Part shown: piece by piece, positions 18,349-26,466 of the stretch | Layout of the letters: every line of letters begins with the position of its first letter | Numbering within the stretch: the stretch's first letter is position 1 | Sequence record: MT782071.1 | DNA length: 64,000 nucleotides | Source of the DNA: Escherichia phage JN02 | Reading direction: 5' to 3' (one strand) | The notes under the pieces: generated by a model | What the model was told of the DNA's origin: nothing | Databases searched by the model: none | What the model saw: only the letters and a program-made list of their open reading frames with translations | Translations under genes and position numbers: made by a program

Positions 18349-19284
18349 TTATGGTTTTAATGCATTCATTGCGTTAAAAAGTTTAGAGTACTGCAACTGG
18401 AGCTTGGTAACTACTTGTTGAGCATCACGAAGCTTAGCTTGTGCTTTGTCAAGTTCAACAGACAGTTGGTCCATAGTGGCCTTGATTTGATTATAATAGT
18501 AATCTTCGGCAGGAAGAAGACCGTTAGAGATTTCCAGTTTAGTCGACGGTGAAGTGTATATAGATGGAGCAGTAAAATATGCACCTAGAACTTCAGCATT
18601 GCCAATTGGGGTTGCAGTAATTGACGCTTCGAAATTTGCATTTTCCTTTTTAAGATTTTGATAGTATTCAGAGTCTTTGTGCCACCATGGCGCAGGAACC
18701 TTTTTACCAATAGATACACGGGCCTGGATAGCGATATGGCCCTTATTCTTGATAGGGTTGATAATATTAAGCTCACGAGAATAAATTGCTTTAATCTGGT
18801 GAATATTATCACCTAACACTTCCAACGCTTGGTGGAATACACGAGCAACGTTATCATTCTTAGGTTTATACGTAAGAGTGAACTCGTTCTCACTGATAAC
18901 CATGATTTCTAACTTATCGTAAGTATATTTCAAATGTTTCATGTTAATTGCTTGAGGACGAATACGAGAAGCAATGGCCATCAGATTGTTAAGGTTATTC
19001 CGGAACTGCTTAGCGAAATATTGTCCTTCACCGCCAATACAAAAATTACGAAGTTTCTGTTTGGCTAATAAACGGCTGAACTCACCATTTTTAATGAACT
19101 CTTTAACGGGTGTGTTAGTAACGCATTCAAATTGAGTAAACTTACGAGAAGTAATCCCATAATATGAACAGATTTCCTCAATCTCTTCAGGAGTCTTTAC
19201 AGGCATACGGATAGGATTAGGACCTGGAGTATATGCGTTCGAGGTAAATTCTTTGATAAGTTCTCTACGTGTAATAAAAGCCAT
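18349..19284 (-). CDS. Hypothetical protein (311 aa) with C-terminal coiled coil
   Basis: Track ORF; own early promoter upstream; C-terminus KAQAKLRDAQQVVTKLQLQYSKLFNAMNALKP. Confidence 0.7.
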   Translation of the reverse strand: MAFITRRELIKEFTSNAYTPGPNPIRMPVKTPEEIEEICSYYGITSRKFTQFECVTNTPVKEFIKNGEFSRLLAKQKLRNFCIGGEGQYFAKQFRNNLNNLMAIASRIRPQAINMKHLKYTYDKLEIMVISENEFTLTYKPKNDNVARVFHQALEVLGDNIHQIKAIYSRELNIINPIKNKGHIAIQARVSIGKKVPAPWWHKDSEYYQNLKKENANFEASITATPIGNAEVLGAYFTAPSIYTSPSTKLEISNGLLPAEDYYYNQIKATMDQLSVELDKAQAKLRDAQQVVTKLQLQYSKLFNAMNALKP

Positions 19285-19310
19285 TTTATATTCCTCATGT
19301 TGAAAAATTT

Positions 19311-19339
19311 ATTATACTCCAACCATCCTTGGTTGTACA
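19311..19339 (-). promoter_or_regulatory. T4-type early promoter
   Basis: Minus strand TGTACA, 17 nt (same AACCAAGGATGGTTGGAG spacer as 18315-18344), TATAAT; upstream of the ATG at 19284. Confidence 0.65.
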
Positions 19340-20335
19340 TCATTCCTTAAGAAGTTTTACTACCTGAATAAGATTAGCTCGTTCTGTTTTATTTTTACTG
19401 TTTAAGCCTGCTAATCGTGAGATTTCATCGTCAGTCTGTTGAATAGTTACATTAAGTTCGTTAATCAAAGCTTCAAAGTATTTGATTTGCTCAGCATGTT
19501 TTGATTCAAATTTCTGAACCGGAATAACGTCTTGGTTCAGTTCATCAATAAGGTCTTTAAGAGCATCTTCTTGGTTGATATCATATTCAACTTCTTTTAT
19601 TTCTTCAACGAGCTCGTCTTTATATCTAACGTCTTTTAGTCCTGGAGCTGGTCCTGAAATCTCTTCTTTAAGAGTACAAACATATACATTACGGTATCTA
19701 ATGCCGTCTCGCTTGATATCAACTTCGTCAATAAATCCACAATGTTTAAGTCCAGAGCCGATTATGTCAAAATATCCTTGACGTTGTCCTTCAAACGTTA
19801 CACGAACTACTAAGACAGTTTTGCCACCAACCTTTTGAAGCTCACATTTATAAAAGTCTGTTGAACCTGAATAACGTGGATGAGTTTTAAAGTTCATCTG
19901 ACGATCTAGGCCCATTTGTAAGCGTGCTGATACGGCCATAAAACGTGTTTGGTTCTCGTTAAGATGAGCAACAATCCGTTTCAAAGGCATTTTACCCTGT
20001 TCACGACCGAACAAATCAGTACGTCCTAGATTACGCAGGATGTTGTTAGAGTTAATCATCGACAGAACGTTAAGTTTATTCAGCGCGCTGAAGATTCCAT
20101 CGGCCATTGATTTTCCGTAACCTTTACACGCTTTAATAAGCGCTCGCGGTAGATTAGTATAGATTTCAGACGGCATATGAAAATCAAATTTACTAGTCAA
20201 TAATTGATGAACTTGGATAGCAATTTGCTCATAATTAAGTGCTCTGCGATCGTTATGGTCTTTAAACCACACTTTAATCTGTGAAGCACATAAACCGTTA
20301 ATTTCATGTTTTACCGCATCAGATGTAATGCTCAT
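19340..20335 (-). CDS. Hypothetical protein (331 aa) with C-terminal coiled coil
   Basis: Track ORF with ATG start; candidate middle promoter upstream. Confidence 0.7.
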   Translation of the reverse strand: MSITSDAVKHEINGLCASQIKVWFKDHNDRRALNYEQIAIQVHQLLTSKFDFHMPSEIYTNLPRALIKACKGYGKSMADGIFSALNKLNVLSMINSNNILRNLGRTDLFGREQGKMPLKRIVAHLNENQTRFMAVSARLQMGLDRQMNFKTHPRYSGSTDFYKCELQKVGGKTVLVVRVTFEGQRQGYFDIIGSGLKHCGFIDEVDIKRDGIRYRNVYVCTLKEEISGPAPGLKDVRYKDELVEEIKEVEYDINQEDALKDLIDELNQDVIPVQKFESKHAEQIKYFEALINELNVTIQQTDDEISRLAGLNSKNKTERANLIQVVKLLKE

Positions 20336-20370
20336 AACTATTTCCTCAGATTGAATTGGAACTCAGAACC

Positions 20371-20395
20371 ATTATAACCCGTCCTTGGGTAAAGC
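20371..20395 (-). promoter_or_regulatory. Candidate MotA-dependent middle promoter
   Basis: Minus strand aaacGCTTTAcc, 13 nt, TATAAT; same architecture as the 4604-4627 element; upstream of the ATG at 20335. Confidence 0.4.
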
Positions 20396-20397
20396 GT

Positions 20398-20925
20398 TTA
20401 TGCGTGAACCGTCTTTAAACGTTCTTCAAATTTCCGAAGAGTACTAATACGTTCTGCTTTCTGTTTTGTATAGTTTGCAATACGTTCTGAAGTGAGAGCG
20501 TATCGTTCATTTACTGTTTCTTTCATGAAGTCAGGGATTTCACGAGAAGCTTTAATTTCATCAAACTTATCGAGTACTGCCTGGTCTTCAGCGATTAAAT
20601 TTTCGTACATCTCGATATCTTTCTTGATAAACTCGATATCTTCCTGGGTTACTTTGGATAAACGAGATGCTTTATCCTTTTTGTACTGCTCGTTAGTTTC
20701 ACGAGACCAGAATAATGTACGTTTTTTGTTAGTGTTTTTGTAGACTTCCACAATTCCAACTGAATCGATGATAACAATCCAATTCCAACGAGATTTGAAA
20801 ATCTGACCTCCGTCCACGGTAATCTCGTTACCATAAGCAACGTCATTAAAGAACTTGCTTTGTGCTTCAGATTTAAATTTACCGTCGTTATAATTTACCA
20901 GGTTGAAAATATCTTTAGCGTTCAT
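20398..20925 (-). CDS. Hypothetical protein (175 aa)
   Basis: Track ORF; charged/helical C-terminal half. Confidence 0.65.
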   Translation of the reverse strand: MNAKDIFNLVNYNDGKFKSEAQSKFFNDVAYGNEITVDGGQIFKSRWNWIVIIDSVGIVEVYKNTNKKRTLFWSRETNEQYKKDKASRLSKVTQEDIEFIKKDIEMYENLIAEDQAVLDKFDEIKASREIPDFMKETVNERYALTSERIANYTKQKAERISTLRKFEERLKTVHA

Positions 20926-20983
20926 GTTTTACCTCCAGTAGTTGATAGGTCTATAATAACATAACCATAGACCTTGTAAACAA

Positions 20984-21271
20984 CTAAAAGAAACTTTTTT
21001 CGGTATTTTTTCCACTGAACCAAACCGACTTCGGGACTTTCTGTAATTTTTCGGATTTAAGTTTCTCTTCCTGTTCTTTCTTATATGCATCCTTGTCGTA
21101 CTGGAACAACTCTAGGGCATTCTTTTGCAGACGGTCTAAGGTAATTAAGGCTTTAGTTTTTCCTTTCAAGGAAGAGTCCTGGCGAACCTCCTCGCTATAT
21201 TGCATCGTAGAACTAACCATACGATGAGCATACAGTTCAACTGCGGCTTTAATTTTTTGCATAAAATCCAT
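20984..21271 (-). CDS. Hypothetical protein (95 aa)
   Basis: Track ORF; SD AGAGGA upstream of the ATG. Confidence 0.55.
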   Translation of the reverse strand: MDFMQKIKAAVELYAHRMVSSTMQYSEEVRQDSSLKGKTKALITLDRLQKNALELFQYDKDAYKKEQEEKLKSEKLQKVPKSVWFSGKNTEKSFF

Positions 21272-21409
21272 AACATATCCTCTTTGATTTGTACACCATT
21301 ATTTTTAAATATTTCTATGCCCTCAGTAGGTTCCTGGTGTCCTTCTTTGAGGTAAGCCATATGATTATTCATCTTTATGGCTTTTGTTACCTCAGAACTT
21401 CCTATAAGC

Positions 21410-22411
21410 TTATTTCAGTAAAGTTACTTCAGAGATTTCCTCCCAACCATCTTTATCAGTTGAAATAAAATCTGCTACATAAAGAGCCGTACGTAATGAT
21501 ACGTTGCGAAGACGAGATACGTTAGCCTTCATCCAGGACAATGCTTTATACGTTTCTGCATCTGTCAGACCACGTTTCTGCATCATGTCAGTAGATAATA
21601 TTACATCTTCAACTCGAACCATAATCTCTTCATTAGAGTGTACTCCAAGGTCGAGATACACTGAACGAGATACTAAAGCTTGAAGGTGTGGAGCAAGCTT
21701 CGAACCGCGTTCTAACTCTTTATCGATATCAACGTTTGTAATGAAAACGATAGTACCTTCAAACTCAAATTCTTTATCAATACCCTTATCATCGAGATAA
21801 GATGACGCAGTGCTCCAACAAACTTTGCGTTTATCTCCGGTATCTAATGCTGCTTTAAGAAGGTTCAAGATGTCCATATCTGAGAATACGTCAACGTCGT
21901 CGATTAAGAGAACGCTATCTGCATCACGGTTGAGCCAAAGTTGTTCGTAAAGGCCAATACCAGAGATTTTACCATTAATGCTTTTGTATTTGATGAAACC
22001 ATTATCGTTAGCATTATTAAGTGCTTTATCCAGAGAATACGTCTTACCAATACCAGCTGCACCTGAAATAATGAGTGAACGAATTTTGCCATCGATAATG
22101 CCATTCGTCATCATGTTCATTACTTTAAAGCGTTTGTTGATACGAGTTTTCATATCTTCAGTGCTTTCAACAACTGCAACTGGTGATGTCTCAACTCCTT
22201 CCATTACGATGTCTGATTTGAAGACCCATACTCCACGTTCAGAACCATCAATCATAACGAAAATTTTACCATCACCTAAGTGGGAACATTCAGGATTAAG
22301 CTTTGCCGGGAACCAGGTCTTTGTAGCAACATAAGAACCAGAGATTTCGTTATTACGATAGATACCTTTTTTGATTTGAACGTTGAACATTTTATTCTCC
22401 AATTTACTCAT
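21410..22411 (-). CDS. P-loop NTPase (Walker A/B) protein, 333 aa
   Basis: Walker A GAAGIGKTYSL and Walker B-like hhhhDD (ADSVLLIDDVD); family not assigned. Confidence 0.7.
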   Translation of the reverse strand: MSKLENKMFNVQIKKGIYRNNEISGSYVATKTWFPAKLNPECSHLGDGKIFVMIDGSERGVWVFKSDIVMEGVETSPVAVVESTEDMKTRINKRFKVMNMMTNGIIDGKIRSLIISGAAGIGKTYSLDKALNNANDNGFIKYKSINGKISGIGLYEQLWLNRDADSVLLIDDVDVFSDMDILNLLKAALDTGDKRKVCWSTASSYLDDKGIDKEFEFEGTIVFITNVDIDKELERGSKLAPHLQALVSRSVYLDLGVHSNEEIMVRVEDVILSTDMMQKRGLTDAETYKALSWMKANVSRLRNVSLRTALYVADFISTDKDGWEEISEVTLLK

Positions 22412-22478
22412 TTCGTTTCGATAGGTCTATAATAACATATCCTAAAAGCATGTACACTACTTTTTAAAAATATTTTAA

Positions 22479-22505
22479 CCCCCTAAAGGGACCCGAAGGT
22501 CCCCA
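22479..22505 (-). repeat. Conserved 3' hairpin element, copy 1 (GGGACC-cgaa-GGTCCC core)
   Basis: accccctaaagggacccgaaggtcccca immediately after the stop of the 88-aa gene; the same ~27-nt element recurs at 41737-41763. Confidence 0.6.
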
Positions 22506-22508
22506 TAT

Positions 22509-22775
22509 TTACTTATCGCACTTAGCAACATAATTAGGCATATCACAGAATACGGAGCGAGTAACTACTCGTCCCTTTGACCATGCTTCAGTTGCTTGTC
22601 CAGCCGTGCTATTAATATAGCTTGATTTAATGTTCTCAATACCCTGAGAATGTGATGCATTTACAGAACCATTAGAAGGTCCAGAAGACTGGTTACCACC
22701 AGCTCCTGCACCCGTGGTAGCACCAACAGAGAATGCCATCATTACTGCGAATAAACCAATTACTAATTTTTTCAT
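22509..22775 (-). CDS. Small secreted protein (88 aa) with N-terminal signal peptide
   Basis: MKKLVIGLFAVMMAFSVGA signal-like N-terminus, Gly/Ser/Asn-rich middle, two C-terminal Cys; late promoter directly upstream. Confidence 0.6.
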   Translation of the reverse strand: MKKLVIGLFAVMMAFSVGATTGAGAGGNQSSGPSNGSVNASHSQGIENIKSSYINSTAGQATEAWSKGRVVTRSVFCDMPNYVAKCDK

Positions 22776-22806
22776 ATTTACCTCAAGTTAAGGGTTATTT
22801 ATCTAC

Positions 22807-23796
22807 TTATTTATAGTAAGAATTATGATTTTCGAGATAGACTTGTTCAAGGAAGTCATCCCAGAAACTCATATCTACTTTTTGTTGCATACCGTTCTTG
22901 GCAGCTTGTTCTGACGCATGTTCAACTTGGTCAACGATATCTTCTAGGAATTCTTGTACAGTTTTAAACGTATGTTTACCAAGCTTAACATCAAGAATAA
23001 ATGGAGCATCCTGAAGTGGGTAAACCAGGTCGCCTGTTTTGTAAATTTCTAATAATTGAAGTCCACCACGACATGCATGACTCAATGCTTTCCAGTCAAT
23101 ACCTTCATTAGCTTCTGCCTTACGAGCACGTTCGCCATAGTTCTCTTCTAGTTTAACAAGGATGGCATTGAACTCTTTATTGGTTAACGTGTCTTGGAAT
23201 TTACGGTCCAACAGATTATAGAATGTTTGCTTACCTGTTTTCTCGTTTTCGGTTTCAACCCATGAAGCAAATTCACCTACAGGCAGAACATTCTTCATAT
23301 GTGATAAACGAATTACTGCACCATTATCAAAGTATTGTCCCCATTCATTAGAACGTTTAAGGGCTTGACGAAGAATAGCCAGTCGAGAACCCTTGACACC
23401 ATATTTAGAAGCTTGCTTACGGACATACCCTAAATAAGATTTCATGTTAGTGGTATAGAAGCGAGACCTGTTATCTTGAATATACTTCCATACATCAGGC
23501 AAATCAGATTTAACTACTAGACTTTGTGGAGTGTGAAGCATATCTAATGCGACTGTTTCACCATCTGCAGCTAGTTTAAAGAAATATTTGAGACTATACA
23601 ACTCATGGTCAACGTCGTCTTTTGTGTTCTTAGAAGACGTGTTATTCGTGTTCTTGCTCATATGTTCTTTAACGTTACCGGTCAAGATATCACGAGCATG
23701 AGGGACGTAAATTTCTTTAAAATCGACGTCCGATTCAGGAGTAGACGTTCCATAAAGGTGACTACCAAAGTAGCCTTTCATAATTGTTTTCATCAT
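22807..23796 (-). CDS. Nucleotidyltransferase-fold protein (329 aa)
   Basis: N-terminal GSHLYGTSTPESDVDF fits the Pol-beta-type NTase signature G[GS]x9-13Dh[DE]h; C-terminal helical domain; subfamily not assignable by eye. Confidence 0.6.
   Translation of the reverse strand: MMKTIMKGYFGSHLYGTSTPESDVDFKEIYVPHARDILTGNVKEHMSKNTNNTSSKNTKDDVDHELYSLKYFFKLAADGETVALDMLHTPQSLVVKSDLPDVWKYIQDNRSRFYTTNMKSYLGYVRKQASKYGVKGSRLAILRQALKRSNEWGQYFDNGAVIRLSHMKNVLPVGEFASWVETENEKTGKQTFYNLLDRKFQDTLTNKEFNAILVKLEENYGERARKAEANEGIDWKALSHACRGGLQLLEIYKTGDLVYPLQDAPFILDVKLGKHTFKTVQEFLEDIVDQVEHASEQAAKNGMQQKVDMSFWDDFLEQVYLENHNSYYK
22808..22815 (-). promoter_or_regulatory. Late promoter (TATAAATA) upstream of the 88-aa secreted-protein gene
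   Basis: Minus strand TATAAATA about 33 nt upstream of the ATG at 22775, overlapping the stop of the upstream gene. Confidence 0.5.
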
Positions 23797-24266
23797 TTAG
23801 CCTTATATTCAAGAGTAGGACAGATTTTTTCTTTACGAGCTTTAAGGTATTCACCTATTAATGATTTCTTACGTTCAATAGGCTCAAGTCCATTTTTAAT
23901 TCGTTCTTGGTTTTGTGCAATGAGCTCAATTTCTTTATAATATTTTCTGTCGTTATATTTGTCTAACAACCAAGACGGGCCAATTACCAACCCGGTAGCA
24001 ATAAAAGCCATGACTGCTACCATTAAAATGCCTACGCCAATTGAGGCCGGAACTAATGTCCATAGACTGCTAAAAACAAAGAATCTAGTTAAAAATTCCT
24101 GGCCAATGATTACGACTGCTGCTAAAATAGCAAATCCAATAATTGAAACAGCCAATACTGGGATTAACGTTTTCCAAAAATAAGCACACAACGTTTTCGG
24201 ACGATTCCATGTACTATTGAACATGGCATAAATTTTAAAGTGCCAAGAGTTTTCATTGATAATCAT
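23793..24266 (-). CDS. Membrane protein (157 aa)
   Basis: Two or three hydrophobic TM-like segments. Confidence 0.6.
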   Translation of the reverse strand: MIINENSWHFKIYAMFNSTWNRPKTLCAYFWKTLIPVLAVSIIGFAILAAVVIIGQEFLTRFFVFSSLWTLVPASIGVGILMVAVMAFIATGLVIGPSWLLDKYNDRKYYKEIELIAQNQERIKNGLEPIERKKSLIGEYLKARKEKICPTLEYKAK

Positions 24267-24275
24267 AATAATTCC

Positions 24276-24806
24276 TTATTTCAAAGTCGGGATAATAGAA
24301 TCAAGATAAGCTTTAAGAGCAACTGCTTCATTTTTGTCTAATGTAATGATATGTTGACGAAGGTCGTCAATTTGGCGAATAACTACGACATCACCGTCTT
24401 CATAAGAAGGATTAACTCCCAGGACTGTTGTATAATCAGGGCGGTCCTGATTTGTAATAAAAGCATTACGGCATTTAGCCCATTGAAGTTTGGCCTTTTT
24501 GGCTGTTTCAGATTCCATGAATTCTTTCACTTTAGCGACGAATGTTTTCCAATTATTAATAGAAAAACATTCGTCTTCAGTTTCGATATTAACCCCACTA
24601 TAAAGTCCGTGATAAAAACGAACTTGAAGGTCTTCATTAATGTTAATTACAGATGCATGGCCGGGTGGATTGAGTTTCAAAATCTTGTCCAGTTCCATAG
24701 GAAGAATAGTGACCGCATCATCTTCTTGTGTCAGAACATACACATGGCCACGTTTTTCGATACATAAATCACCAAACAACTCGGTCGTTTCAATTACAGT
24801 TTTCAT
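24276..24806 (-). CDS. Hypothetical protein
   Basis: Track ORF 24276..24818; start set to the ATG at 24806 (MKTVIETT...), which overlaps the upstream small ORF stop. Confidence 0.6.
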   Translation of the reverse strand: MKTVIETTELFGDLCIEKRGHVYVLTQEDDAVTILPMELDKILKLNPPGHASVININEDLQVRFYHGLYSGVNIETEDECFSINNWKTFVAKVKEFMESETAKKAKLQWAKCRNAFITNQDRPDYTTVLGVNPSYEDGDVVVIRQIDDLRQHIITLDKNEAVALKAYLDSIIPTLK

Positions 24807-24807
24807 A

Positions 24808-24989
24808 TTATTCACCAATTAAAGTTTCGACAAAATTCACCAAAGCATTCTGGCAAGCATCAACCTGATTTTCATAAAAGTCTACGTTATCATTTACCGC
24901 ATGATAAGCTACATCATTCAAATCTGAATCGGCTTCACGTAAGTCATGGATAAGGTCCATCAATTTATTAGCTTGTTCACGGGTCATTT
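24808..24989 (-). CDS. Small hypothetical protein (58 aa, below track threshold)
   Basis: Manual translation MTREQANKLMDLIHDLREADSDLNDVAYHAVNDNVDFYENQVDACQNALVNFVETLIGE; its ATG overlaps the TGA of an upstream 36-aa hydrophobic ORF. Confidence 0.3.
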
Positions 24990-25151
24990 TACCATACTCG
25001 TTTCAATAAGATTCACTATGCCGTTTACCATGTTATAAGTAAACATCGGATAATTGTATTGTACTACAACATAAGCGATAAGCAAAAGTTTCATTTTGTT
25101 CTCCATTTGTTTTGGTAGGATTACTATATCATAGACCTACCAAGACGTAAA

Positions 25152-25367
25152 CTACCGATTGTGTTTTAAAATGCTATAAAGAGCTTCTACTTGGCTTGCA
25201 TCCAGGTAAATAACATCATCATCTTGCTCAATGGAAATCCCACCAGTATTACCTGCAACAAAATTACATTCGCATACTTCAACTGGGCGGTATACGTCAC
25301 CAACTGGATGCTCAGGTTCCAGAACAATCACACCATTTTCAAAATTACCACTTGGGTCATACAACAT
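25152..25367 (-). CDS. Small hypothetical protein, paralog of 25459..25623
   Basis: Track ORF 25152..25442; ATG at 25367 with strong SD GAGGAAA; N-terminus MLYDPSGNFENGVIVLEPEHPVGDV aligns with the next ORF. Confidence 0.5.
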   Translation of the reverse strand: MLYDPSGNFENGVIVLEPEHPVGDVYRPVEVCECNFVAGNTGGISIEQDDDVIYLDASQVEALYSILKHNR

Positions 25368-25458
25368 TACAGTTTCCTCGCTAACCATGAAAAGAATAAA
25401 CCAATTAAAACAGGCCCTATAGCCATTGTTAACCAAGCCCAAGGTTCAAGATAGTAAA

Positions 25459-25623
25459 TCATCTCATGCTCCTGTGCCAACAGTTTCTTGGTTCACGTTT
25501 AAAAATTTCATCACGCATTGATTGACAACCAACACAAAACATCACTACCATATCATCTTCAGCGCTTTCAGGTAAAAGTTCAAGTACACCGTCTTCAGAT
25601 TTTCCAGTATAATCGTAAAGCAT
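25459..25623 (-). CDS. Small hypothetical protein, paralog of 25152..25367
   Basis: Track ORF 25459..25650; ATG at 25623 with SD; MLYDYTGKSEDGVLELLPESAEDDMVV...; contains a CVGC motif. Confidence 0.5.
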   Translation of the reverse strand: MLYDYTGKSEDGVLELLPESAEDDMVVMFCVGCQSMRDEIFKREPRNCWHRSMR

Positions 25624-25630
25624 AATATCC

Positions 25631-25810
25631 TCACATAATCTCGTTAACATACATTTGCAATTCGGTGTGGGCTTCGGCCATCTTTTTCATAGCTCTGTTA
25701 ATGTCGATGTCTCCATCTTCGCAACCATGAGCATTTTCCCAATCAGACACCGCATTAGCGTACTCTTCAATCAAAAACATCAACTTAGAAATCTTTTCTT
25801 TACGTGTCAT
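25631..25810 (-). CDS. Small hypothetical protein
   Basis: Track ORF 25631..25849; ATG at 25810 preceded by GAGGAGAAC; early promoter upstream. Confidence 0.5.
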   Translation of the reverse strand: MTRKEKISKLMFLIEEYANAVSDWENAHGCEDGDIDINRAMKKMAEAHTELQMYVNEIM

Positions 25811-25837
25811 AACGTTCTCCTCTAGTAAGTAAAGACT

Positions 25838-25866
25838 ACTATAACACAACCTGAGGAGAAGTAAAC
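25838..25866 (-). promoter_or_regulatory. T4-type early promoter
   Basis: Minus strand GTTTAC, ~17 nt, TATAGT, then GAGGAGAAC SD; just downstream of the rI terminator. Confidence 0.6.
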
Positions 25867-25876
25867 TGCTAAATGC

Positions 25877-25904
25877 AAAAAAGCCCCAACCGTAAGGAAG
25901 GGGC
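25877..25904 (-). terminator. Rho-independent terminator downstream of rI
   Basis: GCCCC-ttccttacggtt-GGGGC hairpin followed on the minus strand by T6. Confidence 0.7.
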
Positions 25905-25911
25905 TAGTAAA

Positions 25912-26214
25912 TTAGATAGATGTAGGCTCTAATTTTATTTTCATGAACTCGGCAAATTGTCTGGCAGTTTTTATGCCTTGTTCATGACATTCAAATGCAT
26001 CGTCACAGGGGCTATTTTTGTAATGCTTTGCCATATACTTATAGAATTTTTCAGAATTCTCGACATTTTGAATTTCAAACAAAGTATATACGTTTTTAAT
26101 CCCTGATTCCATAAAGTTATCAAAATATGGGTCGGTGTACGCAGTACCAACGTTAGGAGTTGTTGCTGCAAAAAACCCCAGCATCGCCATGACAGCTATC
26201 GCTCTTAAGGCCAT
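25912..26214 (-). CDS. rI: Lysis-inhibition regulator RI (antiholin)
   Basis: 100 aa; signal-anchor N-terminus MALRAIAVMAMLGFFAATTP and DPYFDNFMESGIKNVYTLFE..., clearly homologous to T4 RI as recalled. Confidence 0.85.
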   Translation of the reverse strand: MALRAIAVMAMLGFFAATTPNVGTAYTDPYFDNFMESGIKNVYTLFEIQNVENSEKFYKYMAKHYKNSPCDDAFECHEQGIKTARQFAEFMKIKLEPTSI

Positions 26215-26226
26215 ATAGGCCTCCTG

Positions 26227-26439
26227 TTAATTTTGGCCAGTATTTATTTTTCGCCTTTGGACGGCCTTAACATCTGTGAGGTATTTTTCCAGCTTGCGCT
26301 TGCGTGTATAATCAGCTTTAGAACCAGTTTGACGGATATCCTCGTTTAAATGAGAAATAGAATGTCCTAATTCTCTTCGGATTTCATCCAATTGGGTTAC
26401 AGTAAGATTACGAAGTTGTCTTTCGTTTAATTGCTGCAT
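26227..26439 (-). CDS. Hypothetical protein (rI.1 position)
   Basis: 70-aa track ORF between tk and rI. Confidence 0.6.
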   Translation of the reverse strand: MQQLNERQLRNLTVTQLDEIRRELGHSISHLNEDIRQTGSKADYTRKRKLEKYLTDVKAVQRRKINTGQN

Positions 26440-26466
26440 ATATACCTCTTGGTTAGATATTAGTAT

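Noticed and set aside
21166-21372. 68-aa minus-strand ORF between 21410..22411 and 20984..21271
   Set aside because: Overlaps the downstream gene by ~100 nt and neither candidate ATG has a credible SD; more likely intergenic/promoter sequence.
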